From Candidatus Woesearchaeota archaeon (GTDB taxonomy: Archaea > Nanobdellota > Nanobdellia > Woesearchaeales > SKGA01), in the NCBI GenBank assembly GCA_016926395.1, contig JAFGOT010000014.1, positions 32,058-96,057 on the forward strand: DNA of 64,000 nucleotides, given 5' to 3'. Both the position numbers and the translations under genes were made by a program. Positions within the stretch are counted from its first letter, which is position 1. Each line of letters begins with the position of its first letter. The notes beneath the pieces were generated by a model. That model was given only the letters and a program-made list of their open reading frames with translations, ran no database searches and was not told the origin of the DNA. Positions 18,610 through 26,702 of the stretch are shown piece after piece.

Positions 18610-19569
18610 ATGAAATCTTTTATTTATAAATACTATGCTAAGAAATATAAGAGAAACCAAATTTTGAACCTTTGTTGGGGACTAAGGGTAACATTTGATA
18701 GAGAACAAGCAAAAAAAGTCTTAATAAAACCTTTCAAAGAAAAAGGACGGACATTTATTGAAGAAAATGGTGATTTACAATATCCAAGATTGTTTTTTAA
18801 CAAATTATCAAAGTCAGAAACTCAAGAAAGATTAACATTACTAACTTATTTCTATGTGTTATTTGATACGCAAAAACAATCAAGATATCACTATAGAGAT
18901 ATGCTTAAATTATATGTTGCTGATAATAATTTTCTCACACTAGAAAATATATTGAAAAGAAACCATGAACAAGCTAAAAAATTTGTAACCAATAATTTAG
19001 GGACGATGGCAAAAAAAGGCGTTTATCTTATTGATGGTTACACCCGAATAAAAACCGAGTATGATTCGAACATCATGAATCTTGTTGATAAAGATGTAGC
19101 AATAACACAAAAAAGAATAGAAGCAATGCCAGGATTTGGAGATCAAGTAGCGGGATTGTTCTTACATACTTTACGTGATAATAAAATATTCAAATTTGAA
19201 AATGAGGAAGACTTATGTCCGAAAGTGGATTTTCATGATTATAATTTAGGAGTTTCAACAGGAATAATAAAAGATCTCCATGGAGAAACACCCCAAACAA
19301 GAAAAACATTATACTCTCAATTTTTAAGAGACTTAGCAAAAGAAGAAAACATAAATATTTTTGATTTGGATTCTTACATGTGGGCAATAGGACAAATATG
19401 TGTTCAAAAAAATATTTCTCTTTGTGAATATCAATGTCCTTTATCTAGTTTGTATGAAGGACCAAGAACATTCTATCTAAAAAATGATTACAGCGAAAAA
19501 GCAACAACAAAAAAGAATAAAAAAATTGCAGATGAACTACAAGTAAAATTAGGATTTAAGTTTGATTGA
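18610..19569 (+). CDS. HhH-GPD glycosylase-superfamily protein, atypical
   Basis: MPGFGDQVA HhH, KVDFH Asp motif, C-terminal CX7CX3CPL partial Fe-S loop. Confidence 0.55.
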   Translation: MKSFIYKYYAKKYKRNQILNLCWGLRVTFDREQAKKVLIKPFKEKGRTFIEENGDLQYPRLFFNKLSKSETQERLTLLTYFYVLFDTQKQSRYHYRDMLKLYVADNNFLTLENILKRNHEQAKKFVTNNLGTMAKKGVYLIDGYTRIKTEYDSNIMNLVDKDVAITQKRIEAMPGFGDQVAGLFLHTLRDNKIFKFENEEDLCPKVDFHDYNLGVSTGIIKDLHGETPQTRKTLYSQFLRDLAKEENINIFDLDSYMWAIGQICVQKNISLCEYQCPLSSLYEGPRTFYLKNDYSEKATTKKNKKIADELQVKLGFKFD

Positions 19570-19571
19570 TC

Positions 19572-20123
19572 TCATCTATTCTTATAGAGAATTTTTGCGA
19601 AATCATGCAAGTCAACTATTCTATTTGCAAACAATTCAAAACCTTCATACCCTTCTAAATTTTGATTAACCAAACCAACAGGTTGATACTTTGCAAGCTC
19701 AATTAATTTATTTCCATTTTTTGGAGAACAAAAACCCCAAACATAAGGATGGTGTTCAGGGAGTGTGCTATTAAGACCAACAGAACTAGAAACCGTAACA
19801 TACCCTGAGGCATTAAGAGCAGTAACAAGACTAACAATACCAATTTCGGCAGGGATAGAAAAATCAATCTCATCTGCGAACTCTTCTAGTATTGATTCAA
19901 AATCAACAGGATTGGAAGAGAATTTAGCTGCTTCTATAAGAAATTCCTTTTCTTTATCAACCATTAAATGATAATCAAACCAATCATAACCACGAGCATC
20001 ATTATAATCTTCATTAATAACAATACCTTTACTTTCCAAAAAACTCTCGGGAGGAATTTTTAATTTGCTTGTTTTAAGAGATTGTTCTAAATTAATATCA
20101 AAATAAGGATACCACATAATCAA
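19572..20123 (-). CDS. Hypothetical protein
   Basis: 183-codon ORF coupled to the upstream gene. Confidence 0.6.
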   Translation of the reverse strand: MIMWYPYFDINLEQSLKTSKLKIPPESFLESKGIVINEDYNDARGYDWFDYHLMVDKEKEFLIEAAKFSSNPVDFESILEEFADEIDFSIPAEIGIVSLVTALNASGYVTVSSSVGLNSTLPEHHPYVWGFCSPKNGNKLIELAKYQPVGLVNQNLEGYEGFELFANRIVDLHDFAKILYKNR

Positions 20124-20794
20124 TCACCAATCCTTCTAACTCTAGCACCAATGTTAAAAAGTTGAAGAATTTTAGTTTTAGCATCAACAGATTTAGGAAT
20201 AAAATATTCTCCCTTTCGTTCACTAAAAACAACTAATCCATCTTCGAGCAAAAATTTATCTTTTTCATCTTGAGCATAAGGAAGAATATTTCCTTTGTAA
20301 AATAAATTAAAATAATTATTCTCTTCTTCTTCCATAAAAATATTATATGAAAGACCAAAATTAACCATTTTATTAGTATCGGCAACTCTATTGCTAATTA
20401 AATTTTCAAGAGTCTCAATTGGTGTAAGAACATCTTTGTTATATGTTGTTTTTTCTAAAGCAACTTTATCCAAACGAGACTCTCCTTTGATAACAACGTA
20501 GTTATCAAGATGCCAACAAGAATCCTTTTTTGAATAAAAAAACTTTTCAAGCAAATCATCATTTTCACTAGTTTCAATATATGTAGAATCATTAGGCATA
20601 AAATATGTATAAGATATATCAACAAAACGATTAATATCAATCGATAATTTACGTTCTTCTTGATTATAAGAAATATCTCCAAGATGAGTGTTAAACATCC
20701 CAAAACGAATATCATAATTAAAAGTTTGAGCAAAACCAGACTGGAGAGTAAAAACTGTAGCCGCTGTAATAAGAGACTTCTTTAACCAATTCAT
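20120..20794 (-). CDS. Secreted hypothetical protein
   Basis: Sec signal peptide ending GFA-Q; beta-rich body. Confidence 0.65.
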   Translation of the reverse strand: MNWLKKSLITAATVFTLQSGFAQTFNYDIRFGMFNTHLGDISYNQEERKLSIDINRFVDISYTYFMPNDSTYIETSENDDLLEKFFYSKKDSCWHLDNYVVIKGESRLDKVALEKTTYNKDVLTPIETLENLISNRVADTNKMVNFGLSYNIFMEEEENNYFNLFYKGNILPYAQDEKDKFLLEDGLVVFSERKGEYFIPKSVDAKTKILQLFNIGARVRRIGD

Positions 20795-20869
20795 TAAAGA
20801 GAGAAGAATAAATTAGGGTTTTTAAGGGTGTTGATTGAGTTAAAAAGAGGCTTTATTTTATTATATGTT

Positions 20870-21023
20870 GGAGAGAAGATTCATTTTACTACAAATATCA
20901 AAAACTTGTTTTTGTTAGATTTGTTAAAATGTCCCAATAATCTTTGATTATTGAGGATGAACTGTTGAGGTTCACTCTATACGTTATTACGTTTCAAAGA
21001 AATGGGATAGCGGAGAGAGGATT
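20870..21023 (-). mobile_element. tRNA-iMet-linked 142-bp palindromic mini-element bounded by a direct repeat of the tRNA 3' half
   Basis: AATCCTCTCTCC (21023-21012) repeated as AATCTTCTCTCC (20881-20870). Shares a 37-nt module and the TGTAGTAAAATG end with the element at tRNA-Ser. Confidence 0.7.
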
Positions 21024-21082
21024 TGAACCTCCGACCTCGGGGTTATGAGCCCCGCGAGCACTCCTGACTGCTCCACCCCGCT
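21008..21082 (-). tRNA. Initiator tRNA-Met (CAT)
   Basis: Full cloverleaf, A1-U72, GGG/CCC anticodon stem, TTCAAAT T-loop; TTTAAATA box upstream; no encoded CCA. Confidence 0.97.
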
Positions 21083-21236
21083 ATAAAAAGGATAAATCTA
21101 GGAAGGAGAGGGCTATTTAAAAAGCTTTGCTTGAAAAGGGCTTTATTTGTCGCTTTTTTAACTTTTTTAGAATTAGATATTACTAAGAAAAAAGAAAAGA
21201 AAGGAAAAAGAGTTTGCGCGAAGTTTTGAGTTGTTC

Positions 21237-21389
21237 TTAGGCTAGTGCGTCTAGGTAACCTCTCATGAACGCTTCTTCTTCAGGATCTATCTCGTCGTTA
21301 TAGATCTCCTCTTCTATGATTTGCAAGTCATAGAAGTCCTCTTCATCTATTTCTCGTTTTAACTCTTGAAGCTCTGATTGGAATTTCAT
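21237..21389 (-). CDS. 50-aa acidic protein missing from the ORF track (MKFQSELQELKREIDEEDFYDLQIIEEEIYNDEIDPEEEAFMRGYLDALA)
   Basis: Read by hand; GGAGGTGG SD; polyU tract downstream; paralog at 15204..15377. Confidence 0.85.
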   Translation of the reverse strand: MKFQSELQELKREIDEEDFYDLQIIEEEIYNDEIDPEEEAFMRGYLDALA

Positions 21390-21474
21390 CCCATACCACC
21401 TCCTGAGCTTTTATAATATTTATACTACAAAAACTGATATAAATAGTTTGCGAAGGACTAATTTTCACGCTATT

Positions 21475-21798
21475 TTAGTGCAATTTTTTATTAAAATAAA
21501 CCTTGCTTATTTTGACGTTAAAATAGTCTCCATCTTTTAATTGTAAAACGTTTTTTACAAATGGATTTACAGAAATCCTATTTGAAGAATCAATTTGTTG
21601 ATAGTCATAAATTCCTTCGTATGTTGTTTTATTATTTTCTGGAAGGATGTATTCAAGATGGATGTAGTCATTGGTTTTTAGACTTAAAAGCTCTCTTGTT
21701 GTAATTGGTATTGTTGCACGTTTGGTATTGTCTGTAACTTTAAGAGTTATTTTTTCTGTTCGAGGAGAATGCATTAAACCTTCAAGATCTTCATTCAT
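21475..21798 (-). CDS. Tandem AbrB/MraZ-like swapped-hairpin DNA-binding protein
   Basis: RATIPITTRELLSLKTNDYI and NRISVNPFVKNVLQLKDGDYF repeats. Confidence 0.65.
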   Translation of the reverse strand: MNEDLEGLMHSPRTEKITLKVTDNTKRATIPITTRELLSLKTNDYIHLEYILPENNKTTYEGIYDYQQIDSSNRISVNPFVKNVLQLKDGDYFNVKISKVYFNKKLH

Positions 21799-21907
21799 AG
21801 AACGATGAAAATTAAAATAGAAATAAAAAGGTGAGCATTATTGCTCTTTATCAAAAAAAGCTTTTTGCTCTTTTAGATAAAAATGGAAGAGGAAGTCATC
21901 CCATTCA

Positions 21908-22258
21908 TCAGAAGACATATCCTTCCTCCTCCACTGTCCTAGTGTATCCAAGTCGTTCACCATCGAAATCAAAGTGGGTGAAATACTCTTTGATTGTGCT
22001 CCAGTCCGGTTTAGTGCTTAAGAGCCATTTTAGAACGTGTTCTGTATAACAATAAGCACAAACATTCATACGATTATTACTGACGATGCAAAAGTCGTCT
22101 CCACTAACCTTCAGTGGAATAATCTCAGCAGATGCTTCGTAAAAAGATTCTAACATCTGTGGTCTTGACTCTTGTAGCCAAGTCGCTATTTGTTCTTCTA
22201 TCCTCTGGGGTGACAGAGGGTTTGTTATTTGTTCTTCACATAGAACACAGGCTCCCAT
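21908..22258 (-). CDS. Small Cys-containing putative Zn-binding protein
   Basis: CVLC and CAYC pairs; GAGGT SD. Confidence 0.75.
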   Translation of the reverse strand: MGACVLCEEQITNPLSPQRIEEQIATWLQESRPQMLESFYEASAEIIPLKVSGDDFCIVSNNRMNVCAYCYTEHVLKWLLSTKPDWSTIKEYFTHFDFDGERLGYTRTVEEEGYVF

Positions 22259-22727
22259 TTTTTTTTACCTCATTTTGTTTAGCTTATTTATGGGTTCTTA
22301 GAAATTGTTTGTCGATATGCAAAAAACCAGAAGCGGACTGTCTTCTATAGAAATCGAATTTCAACTTTAGAATTAGTTTTTGCTTTCCTTGGTTGTCGTT
22401 CGATTTCCGGTTTTTCGGTTCGATTTACAACATCCAAGGATTCATAAACGCTTTATTATCAATGGATAGCTTACTAACTACATCAAAGACCACGCAGGTT
22501 AGCCGATAATGTAGATTCATATCCATTATAATTTATTTTTTGTGATGGTCATATTTAAACATTTCGTAAATATTGTTTTTTTCAATTAACTTTTCTTCGT
22601 TATTTTTTACTATCTTAGTATACAAAAAAGGCCAAAAAATAGAAATGTTTATAAACTATTTTTCCCAGTTTCCAATCAATCCTATTAATAAACGCTAGTT
22701 TAGCGCGAAATTGAGGTGTGAATTAAC

Positions 22728-23267
22728 ATGATGAAAAATATGAAAGGACAAGCAGCTATGGAGTTCTTAATGACCTATGGTTGGGCAATTCTTGTTGTAC
22801 TATTAGCAATTGGTGCTCTAGCAGCATTCGGTGTATTTAATTTAGACAAATACGCAGCATCAACTTCAGGTTTTGAAGGACAAAAAATGGCTGCAGTAAA
22901 CGATGGTATGGTAATTAGTTTATCTGGCAATTACGTTGAAATCGCTTTAACAAACCAAGTTGGAACATCTGTAACATTACCTTTAACAGGTACTTTAGTT
23001 CCTGAACCAGGTACTGTTTGTACATTAAATCCTGCTGGTGCTGTTACTGCAACTTACAAAGATCCTGCAACAGGAAACTATACTGCTTTGGATTCAGCTA
23101 CTATTCTTAGACAAGGAGATACTTTTGTAGTGCGATGGTCTTGTAATGGTGCAGCAAGTGCATCTCAAGGAGACGCATTCGAAGCAACTTTAACATTCGA
23201 TTACATCAACGTTGAAACTGGTCAATCTAGAACAATGACTGGAACAACTAGAGGACGATACGAATAA
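22728..23267 (+). CDS. Archaeal type IV pilin (probable major pilin)
   Basis: Class III signal KGQAAMEFLMTYGWAILVV; GAGGTG SD; own terminator. Confidence 0.9.
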   Translation: MMKNMKGQAAMEFLMTYGWAILVVLLAIGALAAFGVFNLDKYAASTSGFEGQKMAAVNDGMVISLSGNYVEIALTNQVGTSVTLPLTGTLVPEPGTVCTLNPAGAVTATYKDPATGNYTALDSATILRQGDTFVVRWSCNGAASASQGDAFEATLTFDYINVETGQSRTMTGTTRGRYE

Positions 23268-23280
23268 ACCTTAACAGGTT

Positions 23281-23332
23281 AACTGTGATCAGAAATCTGT
23301 GATCAGTTACTTTTTTTCTTTTTCTTTTTTCT
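23281..23332 (+). terminator. Hairpin + U-tract after the pilin gene
   Basis: aactgtgatcagaaatctgtgatcagtt followed by long T runs. Confidence 0.55.
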
Positions 23333-23377
23333 AATTCTTAATAACATTTAAAAATAGGTGATTTGATTTTTGACTTT

Positions 23378-25286
23378 ATGGAAGAAGGAGCACAATTATC
23401 ATTTCCAGTAATATTGCTAATCACAATAAATAGTATACTGGGGACTGGAATATTTTTTCTTACCTGCAGTAGGTGCTAGAGAGGCAGGTTTGTTTGCTAT
23501 TATTTCTTGGCTTATAATGGGTTTGATTGCTATAATGTATAGTATGGTTTTTGGTGAATTGGTTAGTCGTTATCCAAAAGAAGGTGGTGTTTTTGAATAT
23601 GCAAAGGAGGCGTTTGGATTCTTCCCTAGTTTTTTGCTTGGTTGGATGACTTTAATTGCAGCTAATGTAACTATTGCAATGCTTATGGTTGGGGCAATAA
23701 AATATGTCGGTCCAAACTTGAGTAATTTATTCATAGCAGGAATAAGTATTCTATTTATTTTGGCATTTAATTTTGTTGCTTTTAAGGGGTTGAAAACGGG
23801 CAAAGTAATGTTATTAACTTTTGCAGGCATAACATTAGTTGCTGTTTTGGGAATATTAATTCCTGGACTAATAAACTTTAATCCTGCTAATTTCACTAAT
23901 TGGTTATCTCATGAAAGTTTTGCTGGTTTTGGATTTAATGTTTCAGGGTTAGTAGGTGGCTCAGTGATTATTTTTGGAACTATTTTTTTTATTGCAGAAA
24001 CTTTTTTCGGTTGGGAAACTGTTACTTTTTTAGCAGAGCAAGTTAAAAACCCAAAAAAAATAATGCCTAATGCATTAGTCAAAGGAACTGTTTTGATTTC
24101 GATTTTTTCATTATTATTCGTGATTGCAAGTAAAAGTATTTTACATTGGAGTGTTTTAGCAAATTCTTCAACTCCTTTAGCTGATCTTGCAAGTGCTGTT
24201 TATGGACCTGCAATGATTCCTGTGTACAGCATCTTAGTTTATCTAGCGATAATTGGTAGTGTGGCGGGGTGGATAGTTGCGGCTCCAAATCTACTTGTAG
24301 CTTTGGCAAAAGATAAATTATTTATTCCTTCTTTTGCAAAAAAGCACCCTAAAACAGGAACTCCTTACAAAGCAATATTATTTCAAACAATTGTAACTTC
24401 TGTATTGGTAATAATTGGAGCTGGAAGTTATGAAACTCTTCTTCACTTATTAGTTCCTTTAGTTTTGGTTTTATATGGCAGTGTTGTCTTAAGTTTATTA
24501 TATATTAGAAAGAAAAACAAAGAGTTTGATGGATATAAAGCTCCTGGTGGTTTAGTATTGCCCATTTTTCTTTTACTATTCACTTTAGCTTTGGTTTTGA
24601 TGTGGGGTTTTCAAGAGCATAATGCTATAGAAACTGTTGAAGTATTAATCACTTTTCTAGTTTTAGGAATTCCTGTATTTTTGTTGATGAATTTCCATCA
24701 CAATCCTCATGCAAGTGTTACTTTTCAGAATAAAACAGTTGGACTTTCGAAATTTCTGGAAAGGTTATTTTTGCCTAAAAAAATACGAGTTAGACTTCTT
24801 GAAAAAATGGAGAATCACCACAAGGTGTTGTTTTTAGGGGCCGGATCTGGAATTTTAATAAAAGAATCTTCTATTCCCAAAGAGAACATAATTGTGATTG
24901 AACATTCTGAAAGTTTAGCTAATCATTTAAAAAACCGTTTTCCGACAATAGCGGTTATTCATGATGAACACGCAGTATCAAGATTACACCCTGACATAAA
25001 AAAAGCTGATGTTGTTGTTAGTGTAGGGATGCTTGCTCATATACAAAGTTTATCGATGCATCTAAAACAGTTACATAATATCCTTCCAGAGAATGCTTTG
25101 ATACGTTTTTTTGACTATTCAAAATTTTATAAAGTAATATCTAATAATATTCCCGAAATTGATGAGCTAAAGAAAGTTTTTAGAGAAAACGGATTTTCAG
25201 TTAGGGTTGAAGAAATAAAAGGTATTTTTTGGAATTATTTGATAATAGAAGGCGTTAAAACTGATTTAGATGTTGTTTATATGTGA
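23378..25286 (+). pseudogene. Second APC permease-methyltransferase-like fusion, frameshifted at T6 (23453-23458)
   Basis: ATG 23378 gives MEEGAQLSFPVILLITINSILGTGIFF; removing one T continues LPAVGAREAGLFAIISW into ORF 23490..25286. Confidence 0.85.
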
Positions 25287-25335
25287 TTTTTATTAATCGT
25301 TACTTTTAAATAATCTCTCGCTTCAAAACAATCTA

Positions 25336-25755
25336 ATGAGGAGGGTGAGATCTAGTTCTGGTCAGGTGGCAATGGAGTACTTGATAGTATTCTTGATGGC
25401 TTTTTTTATGACCATGCCTCTTATAATAATCTTTTACACGCAATCAAATAACTTTGAAGACGATATTTCTGTGGCTCAAGCAAATAAATTAACTTCAGAA
25501 CTAATCGATGCTGCAGAAGAAGTTTATTTTCTTGGGAGTCCATCTCAAAAAACGGTTGATGTGACGTTTCCAAATGGATTGCAAGAAATAACCATTGAAT
25601 CAAATTCGCTCATATTAAACATGACATCAAAAGGAGATGACTATTTGGTTTATGGAGATACTTTGGTTAATTTAACGGGTATTTTACGAACAAGCCCGGG
25701 AAGAAGACCGGTAAAAGTTGTTGCGACAGGAACTGGAGTTCAAATAACTGATTAA
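25336..25755 (+). CDS. Minor pilin / class III signal peptide protein
   Basis: SGQVAMEYLIVF. Confidence 0.85.
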   Translation: MRRVRSSSGQVAMEYLIVFLMAFFMTMPLIIIFYTQSNNFEDDISVAQANKLTSELIDAAEEVYFLGSPSQKTVDVTFPNGLQEITIESNSLILNMTSKGDDYLVYGDTLVNLTGILRTSPGRRPVKVVATGTGVQITD

Positions 25756-25785
25756 TGAAATGCTCTTCTTCCAAGTTTTAAGAAA

Positions 25786-26196
25786 ATGATACATACTAAA
25801 AAAGCACAAGTTTCGATAGAATTTATCATTCTTTTAACGATGAGTGTCTTTATGATAATAACTTTTATGATTGCAATAAAACATGTATCTGATCAAAAAT
25901 TATTAAAAAAAACATTAAACGAACTAGATGACTTGGGCAAGAGTGTTCAACAAGAATTGATGCTTGCATCACAATTAAATGATGGTTATGTTCGAGAAAT
26001 ATACATTCCAGCAAGGCTTTATGGAGTGGATTATTCTCTAAATACAAGCGCAGTCTCTGGAACGGTGATGTATCTAAATATTTACTACGAAGGTGTTGAA
26101 TTATTTTATTTAATTCCCTACATACAAGGAGATGTAAAAACAGGACTTAACACAATATCAAAAAATAACAATACGGTAATGGTATCTCAAACATGA
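25786..26196 (+). CDS. Minor pilin / class III signal peptide protein
   Basis: KKAQVSIEFIILL. Confidence 0.85.
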   Translation: MIHTKKAQVSIEFIILLTMSVFMIITFMIAIKHVSDQKLLKKTLNELDDLGKSVQQELMLASQLNDGYVREIYIPARLYGVDYSLNTSAVSGTVMYLNIYYEGVELFYLIPYIQGDVKTGLNTISKNNNTVMVSQT

Positions 26197-26702
26197 TGAA
26201 ACGAAAAGGACAAGTGTTTACACTGGATTTTTTTATTGGCTTATTTGCATTCATTGTATTATTAGTTATAGGTTTTACACAATTATTTTCTTTCTTACCA
26301 AATTCTGATTTTAAACAATTATATGGTGATGCAACTTATTTATCAAATGTTTTAGTCGATTCAGGTTATCCTACTTATTGGAATTCAACAAACGTTCTTC
26401 TTCCAGGACTCGCTGACAATCATCGATTAAATGTTACTAAATTACACGAGTTCGAAAATATTTCTTATACTAACAGTAAATTATTATTTCATATCACTTC
26501 TGAATATGTTTTCTTTTTCAAGAATCAAACGGATTATTTGAATTTATCAAATTGTACTTATGGCTATCCAATATCTGTTAACATAACTAGTTGTGAGCCT
26601 AATTTATTATCTTTTAATTATAAAAACTTAGTAAAAACTCAAAGACTATTGGCTTATGATGGGAACATTGTGACAATGGTGATTTACACGTGGAAAAGAT
26701 GA
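26193..26702 (+). CDS. Pilin-like protein
   Basis: KRKGQVFTLDFFIG. Confidence 0.8.
   Translation: MMKRKGQVFTLDFFIGLFAFIVLLVIGFTQLFSFLPNSDFKQLYGDATYLSNVLVDSGYPTYWNSTNVLLPGLADNHRLNVTKLHEFENISYTNSKLLFHITSEYVFFFKNQTDYLNLSNCTYGYPISVNITSCEPNLLSFNYKNLVKTQRLLAYDGNIVTMVIYTWKR

Noticed and set aside
22290-22360. RNase P RNA CR-I-like GAAGACAGTCC on the minus strand
   Set aside because: Poor match, no CR-V partner, and the downstream sequence is too short and AT-rich.
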